Source of the DNA: Macrostomum lignano
Lineage: Eukaryota
Direction of reading: 5' to 3'
DNA: 64,000 nucleotides
Assembly: GCA_002269645.1 (NCBI GenBank)
Contig: NIVC01001520.1
Coordinates: 186,001 to 250,000, forward strand
The translations under genes and the position numbers were made by a program. The notes beneath the pieces are model-generated. The model was not told where the DNA came from. It was given only the letters and a program-made list of their open reading frames with translations, and did not search any database. Below are positions 1 to 12,644 of this stretch, in pieces. The stretch's first letter is position 1, and every line of letters starts with the position of its first letter.

Positions 1-2900
1 CTCAACAGCCAGCCGGTTCACCTGACGGCACCGGTTGCGGATCGCTGATTGGACTAGGCGTTCGACCGAAGCGGATGTCGGCATAGCGTTGCTGTCGGAG
101 GCCGCCGAGTCGCCGCAGTTTCCAGAAACAGCAGGCGGTGGAAGCAACTGGACGCTGCGCCACAGGAGAGGCGCCTCCATGCGGAGCTGGTCAGCATCCG
201 TGTGCGGCAGGGCGAGCGGGTAGCTGGGCGGATTTGAGGCGAGGATTGCACTTTTTATGCCTAATCGTAATGCTACTTGTCTAGAGACCGATTCAGAGGT
301 CAAATCTAGAGACCGATTCAGAGGTCAAATCTAGAGACCGATTCAGAGGTCAAATCTAGAGACCGATTCAGAGGTCAAATCTAGAGACCGATTCAGAGGT
401 CAAATCTAGAGACCGATTCTGAGGTCAAATCTAGAGACCGATTCTGAGGTCAAATCTAGAGACCGATTCTGAGGTCAAATCTAGAGACCGATTCTAAGGT
501 CAAGTATAGTTGAATAATAATACACTACACCTGCCCTAATACCCCAACCGACAGCTCAGCCGCAGCTATCGCGCGGCGCATCTGAAGGCTGCGTACGGCT
601 GTTCAGTCCAAGGACTGGGGGTTCGCCACACACCCTCAATTACCCCAGATAATGCTGGCACCCATTTTACAGCTGGGTGAACTGAAGCAATGCAGAGTTA
701 AGTTTCTTGCTCTTTCAGTCGTGAGTCCGACGCTTTAACCACTAGGCTACAACCCCTAGCGGCTAATGAGCAAGGCAATACAGATTGGTTGAGGTTAGTC
801 AAGAGGTAATCGTTATCGCCATCCAGCAACTCACCGATATTCGACCGGCGCCTCAACGGAAAACGACTGCTGACCATCGCGAACGTCAGCAAGCAGCCGG
901 TGCAGCGGGGCCGCCTCGCCAAGCTGAGTCAAGCTTCGCCAAATTTTAGGCAGATGCCGCCTCTCGCTGACAGCCTTTAACAGGTGGGCGGACATCGCTG
1001 CCGAGGTCAGGTCGGGCAGCAGCGGGCGCAGCAACTGCGGCACGGCCCGATCGACAATCGGCAGCGGAGCCAGCCAGTAGGCCGACTCAGGCGGCGGGTC
1101 GGCGGGCAGCGGCGGCAGGAAGGGCAGGCCGGGCGCTGGTCGGCCGCACAGCAGGCGGTCCAGCTGTTCCAACAGCGGCTGAAGGCACAGACGGAAGGCC
1201 CGCCGAGAAAAGGCGGCGTAGATTGGCGATTCGGTCAAGTCGGCTCGGGCAGCCTGGCGCTCCAGGCAGTCGAGCAGTCGAACTCCGGCTGCCGGATCTT
1301 TGACTGCCGCGTCAGCGTCCGACCAGGCCACTCTGTTGACCAACGCGGCAGCCCCGGCGATAGCGCGTTGCCATGGCAACATGGCCGAGCGCAGGCGCAT
1401 CAGACTTGACTCGGTCTCTAAGCGGAGTAAACCGTTTTGAAATGGCGCCAACAGGTCCGCATGCAGCCGGCCGGCCAGCGCCGACACCGACGGAGACAAA
1501 TCAGCGCCGTTGCTACGCAACAGGCGTTCGGCTAGCAACCGCAGCCTAGCAACGGAGGTGCCCAGATTGGCGAAATCGGCTAGCAGCCGGTCAAAAGCGC
1601 CGTCGGTCAGATGAGGCATGCACCCACGGCCGGAGACCGTAACTGAAGGCGTATTGGCAGTGGAGTCCCAGGTGTACAGCATGGAGTCCCTGGACCCGGA
1701 CAGCATCCAGATTGTCTCCCGGACAGCCTGGTATTGAGTCACTTCAACTCGAGCAGCTCCGGAGATGGCGCCGCCGGCTGGCGTTGATCGAAGAAGCAAC
1801 TGCTGCCAGTCCAGACGGAGCTGGCCCCAGCGTTCCGCCTGGTGCTCGTTGCCATAGCAATCACCAACGACACCGTTACCTGGGTCTTTCCAGTACTCCG
1901 GCTGCAGGTGTGAGCGCAGATAAGCCTGGTGCCGCTCGGCTTGCATCAGCAATGCCTGCTGTTGCTGCTGTTGTTGCTGCTGCTGCTGCTGCTCCGACGA
2001 CTGTTGTTGAGGCTGTTGTGGAGGTCGCGTATTCGAGTCCCGACTTGGGCCCGCCTGAGGCTGACGTTGAGTTTGAGCATTTCGGGCTGGTCCGGAATCG
2101 GAAATCCTGCAATTGTTTGTTTGAACAGACATAAGATCATATTTTATGATCATAGATCATAAGCCCTAATAAACCCTACTAAGAGGTTTAGTAGGGTTTA
2201 AGAGGGCGATTCTGTATGGGGCTGGGAGGGCGACTCTGAATAGAGCTGCGAGGGCGACTCTGAACAGAGCTGGGAGGGCGACTCTGAACAGAGCTCGGAG
2301 GGAACAAAAAGAGCGATTGTAAACAGTAACAAAAGCAAGTTTCCAGCACTTACGAGTTCGCATCACTATCTTCATCATCACTGCCAGACTCCGAGTCCGT
2401 CTCGCCGCCGTAGTCGGACTTGACCTCGATGCCGTCAGTCAGCAGGGCGTGCCAGTCTATAGCCGCTTCGTCGGCTGCCCGTTTTTTATCTTTCTCGGCG
2501 TCGCGCCGCTTGTCCTCGGCCTCGTCATCGGACGGGAGATCAGCGGCGGCGCCGCCGGCCCAGCAGGCCACGGGCTGTTCGAGGAGGCCAGCAGGAATGC
2601 CAGCAGATTGTGCCGCAGCTCGCTGTCCGGCAGCAGCTGATTAAGCCGCCCAGACCGGTGCTCCAATAGTCGAGCCTCTCGGTGCATCGCGTGGACTCGC
2701 AGCTTATCGGCTAAGCCAGTCAGCTGCTGCCTGACGCCCGGCCAATCAACGCCTGCGAACCGATGATTGCGCAACGTGTGCAGACAGCGGGCCAGCGATT
2801 GGCGCCGGGTGTCTGACGCTTTGACGCCGGCGCTGGAGAATATAGCATCGGCTAGCTGTTCCAGTAGGCTGGCCTGCTCGTCTGTGACTCGGTGCGACAT
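1..2900 (-). CDS. TUBGCP5: Gamma-tubulin complex component 5 (5' part; continues beyond window start)
   Basis: Exons 2900-2354, 2106-835, 250-<1 with phase-consistent GT/AG sites. Motifs match GCP5: HRFAGVDW, HNLLAFLLASSNSP, IDWHALLTDG, HLQPEYW, VEVTQYQAVRETIWMLSG. A 1-nt frameshift at the G3 run (plus 2559-2561) is repaired by one extra G and is probably a sequencing error. Confidence 0.85.
281..504. repeat. 25-bp minisatellite (~9 copies) in TUBGCP5 intron
   Basis: Unit CTAGAGACCGATTCAGAGGTCAAAT. Confidence 0.95.
563..757 (-). mobile_element. tRNA-derived SINE copy (internally deleted)
   Basis: Shares GCTGTTCAGTCCAAGG, GCTGGCACCCATTTTACA, CTGAAGCAATGCAGAGTTAAG and CGTGAGTCCGACGCT...GGCTACAA with the copy at 38535-38783; lacks the B-box segment. 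Confidence 0.7.
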
Positions 2901-3762
2901 GGCGCGCCGTGCAGGATTATGAAAAATGATAGATTCCAGCTCAAGGTTTGCGTCTTTTCTCAACTCGCTGCTCTCTAATCTCCTCCCTTCTCTTCTTTCG
3001 TCTCCTCTTCTACTTTATTCCCTCGCTTCTTTCAACCGCAACCAACTCTGCTTAACTTTCAACAGTATGACCCGCTCGACTAGCGATTCTATCAATAAAA
3101 AAATTAAAGAAGGAACAAAACAGAAAAGTTGAATTTTGCGAAAAAAATAGTATATGAATTAATTGATAGATTGAAAAATAGAAATCGATAATATGAGTAT
3201 AATAACTATTGACTAACAAAAACAGGAAGGAATTTCCTTTATAAAACTCAGCTTGATATAAAATTTATTGGCAATGAGATTTGTGGCAACAACCTGAGAA
3301 CGCATTGCTGCTCCTAGCCGAGTGCGGTACACGTGAATTTTTATTCTCATATTGCGAAAGGCTTTATAAGGAATATTAAATAGTTTAAATGTTTTAGATA
3401 AATATACTGAGATAGAGAGATATTGGCAAAATTGGTAAATTGTAAAAAATGCATGCGGATGAAATAATACCGGTAGGTATACTCGTGTGAAAAATATTGT
3501 TCCATTTTAAAAGTTTAATTTATCAAGTGACAAACTTCAAAAATATTTTCATTTACTGATAATTTGAAACGAATCCTTGAAAGATTTGATTGAAAGATGG
3601 GCTCTGAAAACTCTATCCAGTATTATTGGCAGAAATTTTTACGCATAGAGAATGTTAATAATCCTGTATTGGTTATATTTGTTACTATTTTGACAGGAAA
3701 GGGTTTTATGTCGTAAATTAGAAGGTAGATAGGTTTACTTCAATCAAAATTTAGCCTAGATT

Positions 3763-4399
3763 GGGGCAGGAAGCGAGTGTACATTGAGGGGTTAGAGGGG
3801 GCAGGAAGCGAGTGTACATTGAGGGGTTAGAGGGGGCAGGGAGTGAGTGTACATTGAGGGGTTAGAGGGGGCAGGAAGCGAGTGTACATTGAGGGGTTAG
3901 AGGGGGCAGGGAGTGAGTGTACATTGAGGGGTTAGAGGGGGCAGGAAGTAAGTGTACATTGAGGGGTTAGAGGGGGCAGGAAGCGAGTGTACATTGAGGG
4001 GTTAGAGGGGGCAGGGAGTAAGTGTACATAGAGGGGTTAGTGGGGGCAGGGAGTAAGTGTACATAGAGGGGTTAGTGGGGGCAGGAAGTAAGTGTACATT
4101 GAGGGGTTAGAGGGGGCAGGAAGCGAGTGTACATTGAGGGGTTAGAGGGGGCAGGGACTTAGTGTACATAGAGGGGTTAGTGGGCAGGGAGTGAATGTAC
4201 ATAGAGGGGTTAGTGGGCAGGGAGTGAATGTACATAGAGGGGTTAGTGGGCAGGGAGTGAGTGTACATAGAGGGGTTAGTGGGCAGGGAGTGAGTGTACA
4301 TAGAGGGGTTAGTGGGCAGGGAGTGAATGTACATAGAGGGGTTAGTGGGCAGGGACTTAATGTACATAGAGGGGTTAGTGGGCAGGGAGTGAGTGTACA
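3763..4399. repeat. 36/33-bp G-rich minisatellite between PAH and TUBGCP5
   Basis: Unit GGCAGGAAGCGAGTGTACATTGAGGGGTTAGAGGGG grading into a 33-bp variant. Confidence 0.95.
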
Positions 4400-4547
4400 C
4401 TTATGTGGTTTTTAGGGAAGGAAGCGAACGTAAAGGTCATTACTAAAAAAGAAACGAAGTTTACATTGTTCCAAACACTTAGACTATTGTATAACTCTTA
4501 TTTCCGTGAACAAATTCAGTAGCAGTTTCGCTTTTTAGAAAAAAGTT

Positions 4548-7500
4548 TCAAGCGCAAGCATGAACATCTTGCAGCTTCTCCATGGCCTCGGAGACCAGGC
4601 TCAGCTCCGCAATGGAGTCGCGGACAACCTTGCGAATCTGCTTGTCAGTGTCAAGCACTTCCACACTCTGTGTGTAGGGATTGTAGCGCACGGTGAACGG
4701 ACGGCCGGAGCACCTGCAGATTGGCACAGGGGATAGGCGCGTATACAGACACACTGACACACTTACAGATAGGTTAACAGCCGCACAGGCAAACAGATAG
4801 ATAGACAGACAGACAGACAGGTGAACAGATAAGCACGTTTCAAAGTCTCACTTAGAATAAGCGGCAATCTTTCTCTTGGCCTCTTCAAAAGACTTGGCCA
4901 CAAAGTACACGGGCTGGTACTCTGTGATTGGGTACTGCTGCACGGCGGTCTCCGGTGGCTCAAAGCTGCGCACAGTCGGCTTGTCACTCAGGCAGTACTG
5001 CAGCTCGCCGAATGAGCTCAATAACCCGGCGCCGTAGGCCTTCAAACTGCCGTCCTGCATGCATAGGCCGAATTCTACGGTGAACCAGTAGCAGGTAGCC
5101 AGCTTCATTATGAACTCGTCGCTGGCGCCGAGGCTGGCCAGGCCGATCTCCTGGGAGAACTGGGCAAAGTCCGGATCGGCGAATAGCGGCGCGTGGCCCA
5201 GCAACTCGTGGCAGACGTCCGGCTCGGGCGTGTACAGCGGGACACTGTGGTGCCTGCCGAGTTGAAGGGAAACGTGTTACTCGTAGTATAAACCCTGACA
5301 GCTCTTAGCAACATTTGACACTTTGAGTAGAAAACCAGACAGACCCTACTCGTGCCAACGTTGTCTGACAAATCCTGACAGTCTCAGGATGAAGGACGAT
5401 AAAACCTCACCATTCTCAAACAAAACATGAAATCGTCAAAACCACAACCCGACAACCTCATACTCGTACAAAACCTGACGAGACACCCTCTGACAGAATC
5501 TGACAACATCAGAGAAACACCTGACATTCTCGAGCAGAACCTGAAAAGCAAAAACCTGACATCCTCTGATAGAATCTACCATTTTCTGACAGAACCTGAA
5601 TCCGTTGAAAAGCTGACAGAGAATCTGACATCCTCTGACAGAATCTGACAGACAACCTGACATGATCCGAAAGAACCTGATATCCTCCAAAAAACCTGAA
5701 AACCTCATACTTCTCCTAGCAAACTATGACATCCTCCGTCATAAATCTGACAGCTCCCAACAAAGATGCGACAATCTCTTTAACAAAACATGATAATCTT
5801 AAACAACCTCAAGGGAAATCCATACAATTATAATTACAACTTTGAAGAATTGCATTAAGCGGCTTTGATAAGTATGTATCAGTGCGCCCAACTTTTACTA
5901 ACAGTAGTAAATTAAAAATAATCATTCTTATAGTAAATTACCTAATGTACTGAGTAGAATGGAACACCCGGAAAGCGAGACCGGCCAAGAAGTCTCTCGA
6001 GCTGAGCAGGCCGGCCACAGGGCGGAGCCGGAAGCCGGTGCAGTCCTGCAGAAAGTCGGACACATCCTGCAGCTGGGGAATATTATCCTCTCTGTAGCCG
6101 CAATTGTCCATCAGCAAAGGAAACACGTGATTAAACTCGCGACAGGCGTGAGTCGGGTAGAGTGTCACCAGCTCGCGGAATACGGTGCGCCAGGTGTTAA
6201 TCTGGTAATTGATGCGCGCTTAGCTTAAATAAGCATTACAAAAATCTGAGCAATCAGTGAGCTACTGCAGACATTCTCACCCACCTGACCAATCAGTGAG
6301 CTACTGCAAACATTCTCACTCACCTGACCAATCAGTGAGCTACTGCAGATCATTCTCACTCACCTGACCAATCAGTGAGCTACTGCAGACCATTCTCATA
6401 CACCTGACTAATCAGTGAGCTACTGCAGACCATTCTCATACACCTGACTAATCAGTGAGCTACTGCAGACCATTCTCATTCACCTGACTAATCAGTGAGC
6501 TACTGCAGACATTCTCACACACCTGACCAATCAGCGAGCTACTGCAAATCATTCTCACCCACCTGACCAATCAGTGAGCTACTGCAAACCATTCTCAACC
6601 ACCTGACCAATCAGCGAGCTACTGCAGACCATTCTCATACACCTGACTAATCAGTGAGCTACTGCAGACCATTCTCATTCACCTGACTAATCAGTGAGCT
6701 ACTGCAGACATTCTCACACACCTGACCAATCAGCGAGCTACTGCAAATCATTCTCACCCACCTGACCAATCAGTGAGCTACTGCAAACCATTCTCAACCA
6801 CCTGACCAATCAGCGAGCTACTGCAGACCATTCTCATACACCTGACTAATCAGTGAGCTACTGCAGACCATTCTCATTCACCTGACTAATCAGTGAGCTA
6901 CTGCAGACATTCTCACACACCTGACCAATCAGCGAGCTACTGCAAATCATTCTCACCCACCTGACCAATCAGTGAGCTACTGCAAACCATTCTCAACCAC
7001 CTGACTAATCAGTGAGCTACTGCAGACCATTCTCACCCACCTGATAAAGCTAAGGTGAGATACAAAACCATCCTATTTACCCAACCAGTGAGTCATATAA
7101 GTTGGAGTTAAACCCCAGGCTTTACACCACTATTGAGTACCTCTTGCTCGCTGTACTCCACCCGGGGAATTGTGTCCCCATGCCGATAATTGAAAGCGAT
7201 ATCGGCAAAGTACTGCCGACGGTCCCTGTACACTTTGTCGGTGAAGCCGGGATGATCGGAGTCCAATTCGTTGCCATAGCTGAGTATCTGGTTAGCAAAC
7301 CGGTCCAAGTCTTTAATCTTGCGCGGAAACCAGGGAATTGAGTCGTCCGGAGCGTCGGTCTGGCTGCCAGGACTCAGCACCTGATTATATTGGGTAATTA
7401 GGATGAGGATTAAGAAGCAAATCAAGACAGAAATTTAACGTTTTTAGTTCAAATTCGCGCTAAAAGCTTATACACACGTGCGCAACACTGCCCCACGTAG

Positions 7501-9467
7501 TACTAATTACATAACGAGGCATTTAGTCTTAAAAATACAGTTACAGTTTTTCCTGCCGTTTAACCAAAATCACGTCAATCTTGCTTAGGTTTCTTTCATA
7601 GGTAAGTCGCATCTTTGGTCAAAAAGTAAATCAGAGGGGTTGCGCATGTATGATCCACTACAAGACTGCGGAGATACACAACTCCCTGAGCTGCTACCAT
7701 ATAACGGCAGGGTAAACTGGAGCTCAGTTAAATTAACCGCTCGTTTACGGTGGCTGTCTTTGTATGCTGACCCAAGCCGCTTATCAAGATTTGACTACAT
7801 TGATTAGATTGAGGTATGACTTGACTACTCGTAGACAAAAGATGTGACCAACGGTCAGCTAAGCCTTTCTATTTGGCCCTCGGGACTTTACAATAGCAAT
7901 CTGGCCCCCGCTAATGGTTTAGATGTCTTTTCAGCTCACTTCTCCCCCTCTCCCTCCCTTTTCCTTCTCTCTGTCCATCTCACTCTTTGTCTCGTTTTTC
8001 CGTCTCTTCTCTCCCCCTCTACCCTATCTCTCTCTCCCTTTCTCTCGCCCGTTAACGAGTGAGTCTGTGAGTCTGTGAGTTACTCACAGATACTAGAAAA
8101 CTAGATGGGCCACTCAGCACATTTGCGTGTAAGCTACTTTCAGTTCAGTAGTAAGTTAAACAGAAGCATTTTTATGTATTTTTAAAGTCAAGGCTCTTTT
8201 ATTGTATTTTTAAAGTCAAGGCTCTTTTATTGGTATTTTATTGTATTTTTAAAGTCAAGGCTCTTTTATTGGCATTTTAATGTATTTTTAAAGTCAAGGC
8301 TCTTTTATTGGCATTTTAATGTATTTTTAAAGTCAAGGCTCTTTTATTGGCATTTTAATGTATTTTTAAAGTCAAGGCTCTTTTATTGGCATTTTAATGT
8401 ATTTTTAAAGTCAAGGCTCTTTTATTGGCATTTTAATGTATTTTTAAAGTCAAGGCTCTTTTATTGGTATTTTATTGTATTTTTAAAGTCAAGGCTCTTT
8501 TATTGGCATTTTAATGTATTTTTAAAGTCAAGGCTCTTTTATTGGCATTTTAATGTATTTTTAAAGTTAAGGCTCTTTTATTGGCATTTTAATGTATTTT
8601 TAAAGCCAAGGCTCTTTTATTGGCATTTTAATGTATTTTTAAAGTCAAGGCTCTTTTATTGGCATTTTAATGTATTTTTAAAGTCAAGGCTCTTTTATTG
8701 GCATTTTAATGTATTTTTAAAGTCAAGGCTCTTTTATTGGCATTTTAATGTATTTTTAAAGTCAAGGTTCTTTTATTGGCATTTTAATGTATTTTTAAAG
8801 TCAAGGTTCTTTTATTGGCATTTTAATGTATTTTTAAAGTCAAGGTTCTTTTATTGGCTCTTAGCCCCTCCAACCGCGCCTTTCCTCACTACCCCCCGCA
8901 ACGCCCCAATTTTTAATGCCTTTCTCGGAATTACAGCCTAAAGCTGCCATGTACATTTCAGTGGTTACTCGTAATGTACATTATTGCTCAACCAATTAGC
9001 AAGTTGTTTACGCCTGCAAGCTTGGGCTTCTAAACTTATCAAAGTGATTTCAGCTGCCTTTATTTTGGCCTCCTGTAGCGAAAGATTAGTGTCGTACTCA
9101 CCTGTACATAGGTGGAGATGGCCTCCAGATCGGGCAGCAAGTCTTTCACATCGGAGGCGCTGCTGTCGCACTCGACAATAAAATCGTGACTATTAGCCAC
9201 TCGCTTAGACGGCCGACTCTCGATGTGCTCCAGATTGACTTGGTGCTTTTTAAAGATTTCCAGAGCGGCACTGAGAGCGCCAACTCGTTCGGGCATGCTG
9301 AATACAATTGACACGCGTTTCAGAGTTTCCAGGCCGCTGACATAATAGCCCTGCGTGCCGGCTCTCCTGCCCTTGCCAAAGCCATCGTTGCCTTCTCCGT
9401 TAGCGGCTGGCGCCTTTTTACCGCTAGAATTATTATTATTACTACCGCTGGTCACGTGAGCGTCCAT
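4548..9467 (-). CDS. PAH: Phenylalanine-4-hydroxylase (~477 aa, 5 exons)
   Basis: Exons 9467-9102 (ACT domain, [11 protein letters not shown]), 7380-7141 ([22 protein letters not shown]), 6201-5942 ([28 protein letters not shown]), 5253-4852 ([34 protein letters not shown]), 4713-4548 ([12 protein letters not shown]). All phases join; residues are PAH-like rather than TH- or TPH-like. Confidence 0.95.
5290..5760. repeat. Degenerate CTGACA-rich tandem repeat in PAH intron 3
   Basis: Recurring AACCTGACA / TCTGACAGAATCTGACA; boundaries approximate. Confidence 0.6.
6252..7045. repeat. 39-40-bp minisatellite (~20 copies) in PAH intron 2
   Basis: Unit AATCAGTGAGCTACTGCAGACCATTCTCATACACCTGACT. Confidence 0.95.
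8170..8858. repeat. 39-bp AT-rich minisatellite in PAH intron 1
   Basis: Unit TATTTTTAAAGTCAAGGCTCTTTTATTGGCATTTTAATG. Confidence 0.95.
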
Positions 9468-9876
9468 AATGCTACTATAAAAGTAGTTGGTGCTGATTTG
9501 TTAGCATGAATATTAATGGTTAAAATAGGTGCATATACTACGTTTTCAAAGAAATGGATGCTTGAATATTTTTTGTTTAAATGGGGTTCTTACTAGCTAG
9601 ATGCAAACTGTGTTGAGGAAGTGTTACTAAAACTTACTCTAATTACCCTTACTCCCCCAGCTACCCGACACTGCATAAGACCTACACCTTCAAAGTATAT
9701 AGATATTTAGAAAAAAAGAAACAGCAAACGACTTTACAGAGAAAAAACAAGCAAAATATATTACTACTGATAACAGTACTAAATGTCCAATTTTACACTA
9801 AATTGCGCAACAAATCCAGTAAACCATGGAAGCAATCGCATGATGGAACAATGCTAAACATCTGTCTACTAGACGA

Positions 9877-11644
9877 TTAGATAAACTTGTACACTAGGTC
9901 GACCTCGCTGTCCACCGTTTGAACTTCCAGTCGTACAACGCAGCGCATGAGTAGTGACAGCATCTCCTCAGCGTAGCCAATCAGAAATGCGTAGCGCATG
10001 CACACAATTCTAGGATTTGTGTCCATCCTGTCTCGCTGCTTTAGTAGCAGAGCAACTCGAATTGTATTGCCCTGCAAAGGATAAGGGAATACCACTGTCA
10101 TAACTGGAAACTTATGCTGATGCTGAAATTGCAGTTCCTTTGTTTATAAAATCTACCCTTTGCTCGATGTCCTTGTTTTTTTACCGGTTATCCATGCTCA
10201 CCTATCACCACCTCTAGCACCAGTTCGCTAATCACCACCTGAAATCTCTGTTAGCCAATCATCCCACCTGTGTGATCCATGTTAGCCAATCACCACCTGT
10301 GTGATCCCTGTTCGCTAATCACACATGTGATCCCTGTTAGCCAATCACCACCTGCTATCACTGTTTGCTAATCACACATGTGATCCCTGTTAGCCAATCA
10401 CCACCTGTGATCCCTGTTAGCCAATCACACATGTGATCCCTGTTAGCCAATCACACATGTGATCCCTGTTAGCCAATAACCACCTGTGATCCCTGTTAGC
10501 CAATCACTACCTGCTATCCCTGTTTGCTAATCACACCTGTGATCCCTGTTAGCCAATCACCATGTGTTATCCGTGGTCGCTAATAATCACCACCTGCTAT
10601 CCCTGTTCGCTAATCACACCTGTGATCCCTGTTAGCCAATCACCATGTGTTATCCGTGGTCGCTAATAATCACCACCTGCTATCCCTGTTCGCTAATCAC
10701 ACCTGTGATCCCTGTTAGCCAATCACCACCTGTGATCCCTGTTAGTCAATCACCACGTGTTATCCCTGTTCGCTAATAATCACCACCTGCTATCCCTGTT
10801 CGCTAATCACACCTGTGATCCCTGTTAGCCAATCACCACCTGTGATCCCTGTTAGCCAATCACCATGTGTTATCCGTGGTCGCTAATAATCACCACCTGC
10901 TATCCCTGTTCGCTAATCACACCTGTGATCCCTGTTAGCCAATCACCATGTGTTATCCGTGGTCGCTAATAATCACCACCTGCTATCCCTGTTCGCTAAT
11001 CACACCTGTGATCCCTGTTAGCCAATCACCATGTGTTATCCGTGGTCGCTAATAATCACCACCTGCTATCCCTGTTCGCTAATCACACCTGTGATCCCTG
11101 TTAGCCAATCACCACCTGTGATCCCTGTTAGTCAATCACCACGTGTTATCCCTGTTCGCTAATAATCACCACCTGTTATCCCTGTTCGCTAATAATCACC
11201 GCCTGTTATCCCTGTGCGCTAATAATCACCAGTCATCCCCATGCAGTCCTGAATAGACGTGCCAATTACCTGTCGCTTAATAACGATGCACTCGGAGGCC
11301 AGCATCTCGGGAAAGGTGCCCCGCAGCAGAATGCGAATTAATTGATCCTGATAATTAGTAGTGCCAGCGTCAAAGCTCTGACTTTCGCCAAGCAAGCCGG
11401 CCGTATTCCAGCTCTGCCAGGCCTTCTGCGCCCCAATCTGCTCGGGATATTTGGCCTGCTCGTAGGTGATCGGCCTGGACCGATCGCGCGTACCTTTTAG
11501 CACGGCAGCCCGACGATTCTTCGGCGGTATTCGCCGATAAGGTTTTGGTAGCTCGCCGAATTCCCATAATCGATTGGCGCTGGTGTGCAAGGCCGATAGC
11601 TGCTGCGCCCGTTGCAGCAAGGGCGGCCGAAACGAGGAGAGTAA
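9877..11644 (-). CDS. MRPS24: Mitochondrial ribosomal protein S24 (uS3m); no genomic ATG in the first visible exon
   Basis: Exons 11644-11270 and 10071-9877, joined in phase 0. Motifs KNRRAA, RPITYEQA, KAWQSWNT, RGTFP, YAFLIGYAEEMLS, VRLEVQTV and LVYKFI* match MRPS24. Confidence 0.9.
10200..11230. repeat. Compound 25-31-bp minisatellite filling the MRPS24 intron
   Basis: Alternating GTTAGCCAATCACCACCTGTGATCCCT and GTTCGCTAATCACACCTGTGATCCCT units with higher-order order. Confidence 0.95.
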
Positions 11645-12644
11645 CTGAAAAAACGGTATAATTTAATAAAAAATAACAAGCGTATTCCTATAGACTACTG
11701 CTAATTATGTAATACTAGTAGACAATTTGCAAATAGCTAGAAAATTCAACGATAGAAAAAATGAAAAAAACGAAAACCTAATATAAAAAAACAATAATTT
11801 AGACAATTTAGACTTTTATTAAAAATTTACAGATAAATTTAGGCAATAAAATATATATACGTTACAGTGCCAAACCACACTACTGGCCAATAATCAATCT
11901 GGTTATCGGTAACATGACAGGGCGCAAAGCGGAATTTTATTTAGTCACTAGGAGGACGCTCGAAGTCTGAGAAAGCAATGTCTTCCGGGAAAAGAACATT
12001 CTTCGACAAGTATTTAAAATACGCAACGAATATAAGTACACTTGTAGTATGAAACGAGTCGAATTAAAATGACACGAATCATAAAGACTCGCATTGCACT
12101 CTGCAATAGAGATCAAATTCAATATCAGACACGGCAGGTGGAGAAAACAAATGAAAGCGACGAAATACATACTTTTGTAACCTCTAAACAACGAGCGAAT
12201 CTGTTAACACCATATGGTCCAAGCTGATTGGCCGTACAGGCATGGGGAAGGGTTTACTGACTTCTGATTGGTCGGAAGACAAATAAAACGTACTTAATGA
12301 CCCCTTAGCGATAGATTAAAAACACGATGAAAATCGGCGAACAACAGGCAAACAGACTTGCATGTGCAATGCAACAGCACAATTGTAACACAAAGACTAT
12401 GAAAGAACGAAAGTTGATTTCCAATTTAAACATATGCAAGTCACGTCATTCAAAAAGCAGCCATTAACAGACCAAGTCGATCAAGCTCAGTTGAAAGAAT
12501 CATAAAAGAGCATATTCCACTCATAGCGAAGCCTTCGCTGGGAGCAATACAAAAAGCTATATATATACATGATAAGAAGAAAAACAACTGGGGATTTCAT
12601 CCCCATTTTGGGAAAATTGACAAATTCAGAATTAAAAATTAGTT

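Noticed and set aside
984-2162. Plus-strand ORFs overlapping TUBGCP5, and similar antisense ORFs over the ankyrin and SLC22 exons
   Set aside because: Shadow ORFs from GC-rich codon usage; no recognisable motifs.
2545-2575. TUBGCP5 as a pseudogene because of a frameshift
   Set aside because: One extra G in a G3 run restores the frame, and the rest is intact with good splice sites. This is typical of a long-read homopolymer deletion; short reads would settle it.
3255-3355. An SL RNA or snRNA gene upstream of TUBGCP5 (AATTTTT Sm-like motif)
   Set aside because: No leader ending in ATG followed by a GT donor, and no recognisable snRNA stems. The motif is expected by chance in AT-rich DNA.
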